This document shows, one piece after another, positions 30,174-38,645 of a stretch of DNA of 64,000 bases. The notes beneath the pieces are model-generated. The model was not told where the DNA came from, made no database searches, and was given only the letters and a program-made list of their open reading frames with translations. The stretch lies in assembly GCA_964416025.1 (NCBI GenBank), contig CAYQCJ010000002.1:3025-67024 (forward strand). The letters are read 5' to 3'. The translations under genes and the position numbers were made by a program. Source of the stretch: an uncultured Staphylococcaceae bacterium. Lineage in GTDB: Bacteria; Bacillota_I; Bacilli_A; RFN20; CAG-826. The first letter of the stretch is position 1; each line of letters opens with the position of its first letter.

Positions 30174-30248
30174 ATAATTTAGCTGTTCCTCCTTATAAAA
30201 ACTCCGAATAAAATCGGAGTTTTTAATTTGTTTTAATATTTAAATACT
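30084..30248 (+). repeat. conserved 3-prime module, copy 1 (last ~30 codons plus terminator)
   Basis: By eye it shows about 6 differences over ~165 nt relative to 33856-34019. Confidence 0.85.
30197..30225 (+). terminator. Rho-independent terminator of paralog 1
   Basis: AAAACTCCGA-ATAAAA-TCGGAGTTTT. Confidence 0.8.
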
Positions 30249-30561
30249 GAATTTTAAATACAAAAGTTAAGTCCAATAAATAGCATTATCAAAAATATCG
30301 GGTTTTTCTGGTGCAATTTTGAAACTTTTGCAAAGAAATATATAATATTTTTATGATTTTGATGTAAAAGATTTTTATCCAAACTTTATTCGCATCGTAT
30401 GCTAAGTGACTTAATTTACAATACACAAATTTTTCGCCTCTTTACAATAACGTACTTGAACATAAACTATTTATTTAACCAAAATTTTACAAATCAACAA
30501 AAATTAATAAAAAGTAAATAATAATATATTATAATTAGAGTAATCTCAAAAGGATAAACAT

Positions 30562-33500
30562 ATGAAACAAAGAAAAATTAATGTTGTAATTACTACAGTA
30601 TTAGCTGCTGCTGGCGTTTCTTCTTTATTTATCGTTTCTGGAAAAGACTTAATTGCGAAATATAATATTACATTTGATAGTCAAGACGGAACAAATGTTG
30701 ATTCTATTGTTGGTGTAACTGGTTCGCTTGTAAGTGCTCCGGCCAATCCAACAAAAGAAGGTTATACTTTTACCGGTTGGGTTGATGAAAATAATAAACC
30801 ATTCTCTTTTGATACAATGCCTGGAAAAGACACCACTATCACCGCAACTTGGAAAATTAACCAATACACCATTTCTTTTGATTCTAAAGGTGGAAGTTCT
30901 GTTAGTTCGATCACTCAAGACTATGGATCGACTATAAATCCACCAGCATCTCCAACATTTACTGGTTACACTTTTAATTATTGGTTCTTGGACGGAGAAA
31001 CTAAGCCTTATACTTTTTCTACAATGCCTGCTAAAAACATCACTCTTTCGGCTGATTGGACAATCAATAGACATAATGTTAAATTTATCGTTGATGGCGA
31101 AGAATATCGTACTGATCGATATAATTTTAACGAATCTATTGTTTTGCCTACATTAACAAAAACTGGTTATACATATGATTTATGGTACACAGACAGCACC
31201 TTTATTACTAAGATTTCTGCTGCTACAATGCAAAATCAAGACATTACTTTGTATGGTAGAAGTTTAATAAATAGCTATGATGTCACTTATCATATTCCTG
31301 GAAAAGAAGATAAAGTCCAAAGTTATGAATATAATTCAACAGTAGATTTGACCTTTGATTTTAATCAAGGATACACTTTTAACGGTTGGTTTACGACCCA
31401 AGACTATAGCGGCTCAAAATTATCAAATTATAAGATGCCTGCTAATAATATCAATTTATATGGAAAATATATTCCAAACACTTATTCGATGACTTTTATT
31501 AGTGATGGCAACACCTATAAAACCATTGAAAAATCATATAAAGAAACAATCGGAACAGTTGTTGACCCAATCAAGGTTGGCTATACTTTTGATTATTGGT
31601 ATACAAACGACATCAATACCCAAGTTGATATTCCTACAACTATGCCTTTAGGCGGATTAACTTTAACTGCTAAATACACAATTCATTCTCATGCTCTCAA
31701 TTATTATGTTGATGGGGAGATTGCTTATACTCAAAATTTGGATTATAACGAAACTCTTGATGCTTTATATACTCCTAATTATCAAGTAGGCAAAACATTT
31801 GTCGGTTGGTATAAAGAAGATGGTTTATTAAATGAAACAACTTCAATTACAATGGTAGATGAAGACATTAATCTTTATGCGAAATTTACAGATAATAAAT
31901 ATATTGTAAAATTTCTAAATTATAATAATACCGAAATATCAACCATCAATGATGTTGCCTACGGAAGTACAGTAACTTTCACCGGCTCCACTCCTACTAA
32001 ACCAAGTGATACTGGAAATGACTATACCTTTAGTGGATGGGACGAAGATATTACTTCTCCAATTTTCGGAAATACTACTTTCATTGCTCAATTTAACTCT
32101 TCAATACGTCAATATACAATGAACTTTGTTGTTGACGGAACAACATACAAAACAATTATTAATGACTACCAATCCCCAATTGTTGATCCAACTACACCAA
32201 CAAAGACTGGTTATACATTTGCTTATTGGTATCTTGGTGATGATGATTCAATTGCCGCTACTCTTCCTGTCACAATGCCAGGAGAAAACAGAACTTACAC
32301 CGCAAAATGGAATGCAAATAAGCATTCAGTCACCTATATTGGTGATACCACAACCACATTAGAAAATGTTGAATATGGTACATCTATAAATCTCGACCCT
32401 TTAACAAAAACTGGTTACACCTTTGATGGCTGGTATAAAGAAGCCGCTTATACAAACAAGGTTACTAGTATGACTATGCCAGACAATAATATAACCCTAT
32501 ATGCAAAATTTACAATTAATTCTCACTCTTTAATATATAAATATAAAGATATAAACGGAACTTTACAAACCATCGAAACAACCAATTTAAATTACAATGC
32601 TTCAATCGATTTAACTGAAAAATCTGTTACTGGATATTCGTTTAAAGGATGGTATACCGATGAAGCCTTAACTCAAAATGTGACTACTATGAATATGCCA
32701 GATTTAAACACAATTCTTTACGGAAAATATGTCAAACAATACACTGTTACGTTTAATAATGGCACCGAAACCTTAGCAACCGAAACAGTTGATTCTGGTG
32801 AATTAGCAACTTACACCGGAGCAACTCCAAGCAAAGCAAGCACAACTGAATTAGTATATACTTTTGATGGATGGGATAAAGACCTTAATACTTTACAAAT
32901 TACCGCCGATACAGTATTTACAGCTAAATTCAGTTCATCAGTAAGAAAATATACTATAACTTTTGCAAATGCAAATAATGGTGAAAATGTCACAAAAGAT
33001 GTCCCATACGGAACTCTTCCAACATATGATGGTGTTCCTACAAAAGCAAATTCAGGCGCTACTACTTATACATTTACCGGTTGGGACAAAACAATAGTAA
33101 ATGTTGCTGGAGAAGAAACTTATACAGCGCAATTTAGCGAATCAGAAGATAAGAGTTATGGTCTTAGATACATTGCTATCGATGCTGATACTTGTTACGT
33201 TTATAGTTTTGATAAATCTCACACTAATGTCGTTATTCCTTCAATGTTTGATGTTGACTACGATGGCGATAAAGAAACTGTTGTCAGTCTCGGCAAAGAG
33301 GGAATAAGCGGTTCCCCTATATTTAGTAATTCGAGCGTTACCTCGGTTTCTCTCCCTAATACCATAAAATATATTAGTGATTGGACTTTTGGTAACACAA
33401 CTTCTTTAACTACGCTTCAACTTCCTGACAATTTAGAATATGTTGGCGATAAAGCATTCTACGGAACAGGAATTAAATCATTAGAATTCAAAAAGAAACT

Positions 33501-33945
33501 TCAATTTATTGGTAAATATGTTTTTGATAATAGCAGTATAGAAACCCTCACATTTGAAGATGGAGCGTTAGCAAGTTCATCTGGTATTTCAGAATATGCT
33601 TTTTACTATACTAATCATTTAACAAAAGTAGTTTTACCAAATACCTTTGCTTGTTTAAGTGATCGTATATTCGGTAGTTGCAAAGCATTAACATCAATAA
33701 TAATTCCAGCAATTACGGATATAAATAATACCGATGGATATCAAGGATCGTATTTTAGTTCTTGTTCTGCTTTAACTCACATCTACATTGAATCCACTAC
33801 TTACACTTCAACTCAAATTACAAACTTGTTATATAATTCTAATTCTATTACAAAACTTTATTATTATTCAGCCACCGAAAAAACTGATGGAAACTATTGG
33901 CATTACGATACATTGACTGGTCTTCCAGTAGTCTGGGGCGCTTAA
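30562..33945 (+). CDS. large surface protein: Listeria-Bacteroides-type repeats plus C-terminal BspA-type LRR domain (paralog 2)
   Basis: Same architecture as paralog 1, with 12 repeat motifs by eye. Its N- and C-termini are collinear with paralog 1. Confidence 0.85.
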   Translation: MKQRKINVVITTVLAAAGVSSLFIVSGKDLIAKYNITFDSQDGTNVDSIVGVTGSLVSAPANPTKEGYTFTGWVDENNKPFSFDTMPGKDTTITATWKINQYTISFDSKGGSSVSSITQDYGSTINPPASPTFTGYTFNYWFLDGETKPYTFSTMPAKNITLSADWTINRHNVKFIVDGEEYRTDRYNFNESIVLPTLTKTGYTYDLWYTDSTFITKISAATMQNQDITLYGRSLINSYDVTYHIPGKEDKVQSYEYNSTVDLTFDFNQGYTFNGWFTTQDYSGSKLSNYKMPANNINLYGKYIPNTYSMTFISDGNTYKTIEKSYKETIGTVVDPIKVGYTFDYWYTNDINTQVDIPTTMPLGGLTLTAKYTIHSHALNYYVDGEIAYTQNLDYNETLDALYTPNYQVGKTFVGWYKEDGLLNETTSITMVDEDINLYAKFTDNKYIVKFLNYNNTEISTINDVAYGSTVTFTGSTPTKPSDTGNDYTFSGWDEDITSPIFGNTTFIAQFNSSIRQYTMNFVVDGTTYKTIINDYQSPIVDPTTPTKTGYTFAYWYLGDDDSIAATLPVTMPGENRTYTAKWNANKHSVTYIGDTTTTLENVEYGTSINLDPLTKTGYTFDGWYKEAAYTNKVTSMTMPDNNITLYAKFTINSHSLIYKYKDINGTLQTIETTNLNYNASIDLTEKSVTGYSFKGWYTDEALTQNVTTMNMPDLNTILYGKYVKQYTVTFNNGTETLATETVDSGELATYTGATPSKASTTELVYTFDGWDKDLNTLQITADTVFTAKFSSSVRKYTITFANANNGENVTKDVPYGTLPTYDGVPTKANSGATTYTFTGWDKTIVNVAGEETYTAQFSESEDKSYGLRYIAIDADTCYVYSFDKSHTNVVIPSMFDVDYDGDKETVVSLGKEGISGSPIFSNSSVTSVSLPNTIKYISDWTFGNTTSLTTLQLPDNLEYVGDKAFYGTGIKSLEFKKKLQFIGKYVFDNSSIETLTFEDGALASSSGISEYAFYYTNHLTKVVLPNTFACLSDRIFGSCKALTSIIIPAITDINNTDGYQGSYFSSCSALTHIYIESTTYTSTQITNLLYNSNSITKLYYYSATEKTDGNYWHYDTLTGLPVVWGA

Positions 33946-34019
33946 ATAATTTAGCTGTTCCTCCTTATAAAACTCCGAATAAAATCGGAGTTTTTAATTT
34001 GTTTTAATATTTAAATACT
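33856..34019 (+). repeat. conserved 3-prime module, copy 2
   Basis: Near-identical to 30084-30248. Confidence 0.85.
33969..33996 (+). terminator. Rho-independent terminator of paralog 2
   Basis: AAACTCCGA-ATAAAA-TCGGAGTTTTT. Confidence 0.8.
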
Positions 34020-34036
34020 AAACACATTTGATTTTA

Positions 34037-34065
34037 TTGTCAAAAAGTCGACCACATGGTAATAT
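34037..34065 (+). promoter_or_regulatory. candidate promoter TTGTCA-N17-(TGg)TAATAT of the small-ORF operon
   Basis: Read directly from the sequence. The -10 ends 10 nt before ATG 34076 and no SD is visible, so the transcript may be nearly leaderless. Confidence 0.4.
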
Positions 34066-34075
34066 TAATTACATT

Positions 34076-34519
34076 ATGAATACAATTCGTAGGAATCTAT
34101 CACGTGCGTCTAGTATTACATTCTATATAGGTATATTTATTACTTTGATATCTATTTTTGGTATCGTTTACCAAGTATTTTTCATGTTTTATTTCGTTTC
34201 TATCGCAATATTTTTGGGATTACCAATCCTTATAACATTTGGTTTAATTTTATTAAATTCAGATTTTTCTAATTTCGCTAATGGATTACTAAATATTGAT
34301 TCTTCTTCAATAGAAATTGTTTCGACAACATTAAGAACATATTCTTTGCCACTCTTTATTACTAGTTTATCTTTATTTATTCTTACAATAATACTATCAA
34401 TAAATTCTCCAAAAAATTACAGTAGGACAGTAAAATTTGTTCTTTCTTCAATTTTAATTGTTGTTGCATTACTTGTTTTCATCCTCACTTATAATTCAAG
34501 CATCGAGGTAGCATCATGA
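34076..34519 (+). CDS. small membrane protein (about 4 TM), unknown family
   Basis: I chose the ATG at 34076 because the track ORF starts at TTG 34028. Its TGA stop overlaps the next start (ATGA). Confidence 0.55.
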   Translation: MNTIRRNLSRASSITFYIGIFITLISIFGIVYQVFFMFYFVSIAIFLGLPILITFGLILLNSDFSNFANGLLNIDSSSIEIVSTTLRTYSLPLFITSLSLFILTIILSINSPKNYSRTVKFVLSSILIVVALLVFILTYNSSIEVAS

Positions 34520-35034
34520 ACACTATTAATATCAAAATGTTACCAAGATTCTTAGATCCAATTATTGAAATCGATGGAAAAGTTTTAGAATTAAAAAAAG
34601 GTGAAAATAATCGTTTAATTGGCACTTATACCACGAATTCCTCAGTTGCTAAAATTCACATTTATAATTTAAAGGGTGAACTTACAGGGAAAAATTGGAT
34701 ACTAAGATATTTATTCTTCTTTATTATAAGTATTGGAAATGTCTTTAATCCATTTTATAAAATGAGCGACGCTTATTCGTTTGATTACTACTACGAAATG
34801 CCTTTAGAAGAAATTAATAACATTTCCATCAACTTTGAAAACAAAAAACCAGATGGTAAAGTTATAACTATTAAAGATGGACCTTTAATGGATAATAAAT
34901 CAAATATCTTTATTTTTGATAAAACCTACAAGAAAAAAATTATTATCAATAATATAATAAAGGTAGTAGATACGATACTTTTCGCTTTCTTAATTGCCTA
35001 TTTGCTTATGAGATTCATTTTTAAAGTCATATAA
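34516..35034 (+). CDS. hypothetical protein with internal and C-terminal TM segments
   Basis: A 172-aa ORF translationally coupled to the preceding ORF. Confidence 0.55.
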   Translation: MNTINIKMLPRFLDPIIEIDGKVLELKKGENNRLIGTYTTNSSVAKIHIYNLKGELTGKNWILRYLFFFIISIGNVFNPFYKMSDAYSFDYYYEMPLEEINNISINFENKKPDGKVITIKDGPLMDNKSNIFIFDKTYKKKIIINNIIKVVDTILFAFLIAYLLMRFIFKVI

Positions 35035-35046
35035 GGGGGAAAAATT

Positions 35047-35529
35047 ATGGCTCTTTATTTAAAAAATAAGTTTGCGTCGATTAGTGGAAGTTCGTCTGTC
35101 ACCGATGAAGCAGGAAACGTTAAGTACACTATCAAAGGAAAAGTCTTTTCGTTTACAAGAAAAAAATTTATTGTTAATGAAAACGGAGAAACCCTTTATA
35201 TTGTTAGAAATAAATGGTTCCGTTTCTTCCATTATAGTTCGTTTGTTCTTGATCAAAACGAAGAGATAATAATGAAAATAACCAAAAACGTTTTTACTCA
35301 TCACTATAAAACTGAAGGATACACCAGCAATATTTCAATTGATGGAAACTTTATTGGCTGGGATTTTGATGTTAAAAGAGATGGGGAAGTTATTGGTATA
35401 GTCAACCGTGAATTCACAGTTCTAATCGATTCCTTTAAAATTGAAGCTTATAAAAAAGAAGATGAACCATTAATAATCGCTCTTGTGGTCGCTCTAGATA
35501 ATATTGCTGACGATGCTCAAAACGATTAA
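35047..35529 (+). CDS. LURP-one-related / YxjI-like (tubby C-terminal-like fold) protein
   Basis: GGGGGA RBS upstream. The length (160 aa) and the pattern ..ISGSSSVTDEAGNVKYTIKGKVFSF..KFIVNENGETLYIVRNK.. ..GWDFDVKRDGEVIG.. ..LIIALVVALDNI resemble bacterial LOR/YxjI proteins. Confidence 0.65.
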   Translation: MALYLKNKFASISGSSSVTDEAGNVKYTIKGKVFSFTRKKFIVNENGETLYIVRNKWFRFFHYSSFVLDQNEEIIMKITKNVFTHHYKTEGYTSNISIDGNFIGWDFDVKRDGEVIGIVNREFTVLIDSFKIEAYKKEDEPLIIALVVALDNIADDAQND

Positions 35530-35553
35530 TTTTAATAATTTTCATAAATAAAA

Positions 35554-35606
35554 ATGTCTCACAAAATCTTCATTTAATAAGACTGATTTTGTGAGACATA
35601 TTTTTG
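35554..35606. terminator. long bidirectional terminator hairpin
   Basis: A 15-bp stem ATGTCTCACAAAATC (35554-35568) / GATTTTGTGAGACAT (35585-35599) with T-runs on both strands. Confidence 0.75.
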
Positions 35607-35612
35607 ATTTTT

Positions 35613-35698
35613 TGGTGCGAGTAGGGGGACTTGAACCCCCATGCTGTGAGGCATAAGATTCTAAGTCTTACGTGTATACCAGTTTCACCATACTCGCA
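35613..35698 (-). tRNA. tRNA-Leu (anticodon UAG), long variable arm, encoded CCA
   Basis: Hand-folded: acceptor TGCGAGT/ACTCGCA, anticodon stem TAAGA/TCTTA with loop CTTAGAA, T-arm GGGGG-TTCAAGT-CCCCC. Confidence 0.9.
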
Positions 35699-35706
35699 GT
35701 AAATAG

Positions 35707-35715
35707 ATTATATCA
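35707..35715 (-). promoter_or_regulatory. extended -10 (TGATATAAT) upstream of tRNA-Leu
   Basis: Read on the minus strand, 9 nt upstream of the mature 5-prime end. Confidence 0.5.
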
Positions 35716-35874
35716 AAAAGTCGATTATTTTTTTAATTATTTTGAAAAAATATAAACAATCATTATTATATCGATATAATCGCATTTTATTACATTTTTG
35801 TATATCAATACTAGAACATCTAGTTTTAAAAACTATATCAACTAATATAGACCTTTTTGGTAAGTCTTTTTTAC

Positions 35875-35903
35875 TTGACATACTACGTATGAGTGAGTAT
35901 ATT
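35875..35903 (+). promoter_or_regulatory. promoter TTGACA-N17-TATATT of the large orphan gene
   Basis: Read directly from the sequence, about 105 nt upstream of ATG 36011. Confidence 0.6.
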
Positions 35904-36010
35904 GTAGTTTGGCATGGTAAAAATGCCTTAATTTTGTATTCAATCTCAAATTTTTATATATATTTTCTGAAAACGCCTCTTTGAATACAGCCCAAAAAGA
36001 AGGAAAAAAT

Positions 36011-38569
36011 ATGAAAAGTTTTATCAAATTATTGGCTACTGGCTTGATTGGCACAATAGCTTTAGGTGGTTCTGCTAGCACTATTTATTTCATGGTAAAT
36101 AATGGTTCTAATTCAGACAACAACCATACATCACTATTACCTGGAGGAACCGAACTCACAGATGAACAAAAAACTGTCAGTGCAATTAAGGACAATCTCT
36201 TTAATTATCTTTCAGCTTCAAATTTAAAATTTAACGATTTACTCTTAAACGTTGAGGGCTTAGGAGCTACTAATAGTGAAGCTTTACAACTCAATTACAA
36301 AGGATCAATGGATTACAAAGTTTTTATGACCACTCATAAAAACAACCTTACTAGCGATGATGTTGCCGCTAAATTTAATGGCGATATTAATGTTAAATAT
36401 CTCGATAATACCACCAATGCTAAATACACAACTAAGCTTGATGAGACAATCGGATTTCAATCTCAAGGTACTGGAAAATTATTTTTAGATTGGAAACCAA
36501 GCGATCAAGAAGGTGTTGAAGCTACTAAATATTCAATCAGTGGAAAAGTCATCGATGATGTTTTAGATTTTCTTCCTACAATTCAAACATTAACCGGTGT
36601 TGATTTAAGTAGTGTCCACGATTATTACAGTTTAATTAAAAATATTGATATAACCAATTTATTACCAATGGCTATTGATCTTGTTGGTTCTTTAAGTGAT
36701 TCTTCAGATCTTAATCAAACTCCAGTCGATGGAATTTACTCATTTAATATTGTCGTTCCTGCTTCTTTATTAAAAGATGCTGGAATTGAACAAGATTTAC
36801 ATATCGTATTTAAATGCGATGACAAGGGTCTTTTAACTGCTATCGAACTTTATGAAATTGATATCAGTGGCATTAAGATTTCTTTAACAAGCAATATCTT
36901 AATGGATATTACTGATTCCGGTTATGTTAGTGATGTAAATGAAGACGAATACACAAACAATCTCGATTGCACCACTAACGCTTTAACTACAGTTGCTAGT
37001 TTAATTGATGAAAAGAAATTTGATACTAATTTATCAATCTCTTTAAAAGAAAATGTTAATGGCGTAAATTCCGCCACCAGAACATTTGATGGATTCTTTA
37101 AAGGTGATTTATCAAGTGCTAAGGCAATTAATGATGGGGCAATTTATGATATTGGAATTACTCAAAATCAAACATTTAATAGTTCTGTAAATGTCCGTTA
37201 TGCTAACAACAAAACTTATTTCAAGGTTGGTTCTAATTTAGCTAAAGGATTTATTGCCGATTCAACAATTGATGATTTAACTAAAAATATTACATCAACA
37301 ATGTTTAAAGATAACGCTCCTAGCGCTGATGAAGCTTTAAATATGGTCGCAACAATTTTAGGCGATTCACCAATTTATGAAATTATGGACGGAAATTGGG
37401 GAGCTTATAAGAAATTCATTAGAAATTTAACAATCGATAATGAAGTTATGACTCTTACAATTAACGCTAAAGCTTTTGGTAGTAAATTAGTTGATCAAGA
37501 TTTCACAATCAACATCGATTTAAAAGATGGAAAATTAAATGGTTTATCAATCAAAGATTTACCAGTTACTCAAAAAACTAAAACTGACGGAAAAGTTTAT
37601 GTTACTTCAATCGATTTTGCCGTTAATCTTGTAGATTTTGGCACACATGTCAATGATGTTACTGAAACTTATGGCGATTTTGGTCAATATGCTAATTTTG
37701 AAATTGCTAATCCACTTTATAACACCATTTATAAGATTGTTGATTCAAAAACAGTTGGTGCCAATTATTCAATCAGTTACACCAAAGAAGATGCTACAAA
37801 AGAAATGTTCACTATTGATGGAACAATTGATGGCGATATTAATTCTATGGATGAAATCGACATTTCAAGCATGAGTACTGTTGAAAATGCAGTCAATGCA
37901 ATCAATGGCAAAAATTTAGGTTTATACAATATTACTGCAGGCGGAAATATTAACGGAATTACTCACAATTTAAGTGCAACTTACCAAGATCAAGGTTTAT
38001 ATCTCGATTACTGGGGAGCAAACAAAGAATACACCGAATCAAAAATGAGTTTAACTCAAGGAAAATTCTTCGATGTATTTAACTTAGTTTATGGAATGAT
38101 TGGTGGCTCCGCTTCACAAGAAGTCAGTATGTCATTTGATAGCATGACTTCAACTTTAGATAATTTACTTGATATTACTGATGGAAAACTTTGGAGTATT
38201 CTTCAAGGCGATATGATGTCTGATTTAGATAAATATATCAGTGTAAAGAGTGATGGCAGCGCTAATAATTTAGTTAATGTTGCAATCGACACTACATTAT
38301 TTGGCGGAAATTATGGTTCAATAAATCTTGTTTTAGATTCAAATAACGATTTATTATCAATTCACGCTAATTATAAAACAGCTGGATATGGAACTGTTGA
38401 TTTTAGTTTCAACTTTAGAGACTATCAAGATCCTACAATTGCTAGTGACGATATCACTAACAACTATAAAGTCATGGATAATACAGTAGATGCCATCATT
38501 AGTTTAGTGAGCGGTTCGTCCTTAAGTTCGATGGAGGTTTCCGGCTCCTTAGCCGGTCCCAGGCGATAA
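36011..38569 (+). CDS. large N-terminally anchored secreted protein, N-terminal 852 codons (5-prime half of a split or recoded gene)
   Basis: GAAGGA RBS then ATG 36011 (MKSFIKLLATGLIGTIALGG signal-anchor). The product is Asn/Asp/Ser/Thr-rich with no domain I recognise. It ends at a TAA inside the GC-rich island. Confidence 0.7.
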   Translation: MKSFIKLLATGLIGTIALGGSASTIYFMVNNGSNSDNNHTSLLPGGTELTDEQKTVSAIKDNLFNYLSASNLKFNDLLLNVEGLGATNSEALQLNYKGSMDYKVFMTTHKNNLTSDDVAAKFNGDINVKYLDNTTNAKYTTKLDETIGFQSQGTGKLFLDWKPSDQEGVEATKYSISGKVIDDVLDFLPTIQTLTGVDLSSVHDYYSLIKNIDITNLLPMAIDLVGSLSDSSDLNQTPVDGIYSFNIVVPASLLKDAGIEQDLHIVFKCDDKGLLTAIELYEIDISGIKISLTSNILMDITDSGYVSDVNEDEYTNNLDCTTNALTTVASLIDEKKFDTNLSISLKENVNGVNSATRTFDGFFKGDLSSAKAINDGAIYDIGITQNQTFNSSVNVRYANNKTYFKVGSNLAKGFIADSTIDDLTKNITSTMFKDNAPSADEALNMVATILGDSPIYEIMDGNWGAYKKFIRNLTIDNEVMTLTINAKAFGSKLVDQDFTINIDLKDGKLNGLSIKDLPVTQKTKTDGKVYVTSIDFAVNLVDFGTHVNDVTETYGDFGQYANFEIANPLYNTIYKIVDSKTVGANYSISYTKEDATKEMFTIDGTIDGDINSMDEIDISSMSTVENAVNAINGKNLGLYNITAGGNINGITHNLSATYQDQGLYLDYWGANKEYTESKMSLTQGKFFDVFNLVYGMIGGSASQEVSMSFDSMTSTLDNLLDITDGKLWSILQGDMMSDLDKYISVKSDGSANNLVNVAIDTTLFGGNYGSINLVLDSNNDLLSIHANYKTAGYGTVDFSFNFRDYQDPTIASDDITNNYKVMDNTVDAIISLVSGSSLSSMEVSGSLAGPRR

Positions 38570-38645
38570 TCCGAGGCAACTAACCCTCGAAGGGTGGGCT
38601 AATTTACAATTAAATCCACTCATGCCAGAAGGCTCAATGTCTGGC
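38541..38645 (+). other. GC-rich hairpin-dense island at the frame break (unclassified: candidate recoding signal, mini-insertion or small RNA)
   Basis: Hand count gives about 63% G+C over 38541-38600 against an AT-rich background. Hairpins are at 38541-38556, 38572-38589 (nested within 38558-38598) and 38624-38645. Confidence 0.5.

Noticed and set aside
30649-31074. A 141-aa minus-strand ORF inside surface-protein paralog 2, and similar nested ORFs at 21505-21912, 7710-7913 and 19261-19461.
   Set aside because: They are antisense to long, well-supported genes and have no start context or recognisable product.
34040-35724. A 12-nt direct repeat TCAAAAAGTCGA at 34040-34051 and 35713-35724, flanking the small-ORF operon plus tRNA-Leu.
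   Set aside because: In 64 kb of AT-rich DNA, hundreds of 12-mer coincidences are expected by a rough estimate. There is no extended similarity around either copy.
35742-36081. Track ORFs 35742-35984 (+) and 35842-36081 (-).
   Set aside because: They lie in the promoter and leader region of the large gene and overlap each other. They have no RBS and give AT-rich low-complexity translations.
38541-38600. A resemblance between GCCGGTCCCAGG...GGCAAC and HDV-like (GGUCCCAGCC..GGGCAAC) or twister (GCCGGUCCCAAGCC) ribozyme cores.
   Set aside because: I could not build the required nested double pseudoknot (HDV P1/P1.1/P2/P3) or the twister P2/P4 plus T1/T2 pairings. The CCGGCT/AGCCGG pair here is a simple local hairpin. 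The shared hexamers are probably coincidental, and only a covariance-model search could revive the idea.
38564-38602. A T4 gene-60-style bypass from take-off CGA (38564-38566, just before the TAA) to the matching CGA at 38588-38590.
   Set aside because: Resuming after that landing codon reads AGG GTG GGC TAA and hits a stop at 38600-38602. It is also not the frame of the downstream ORF.
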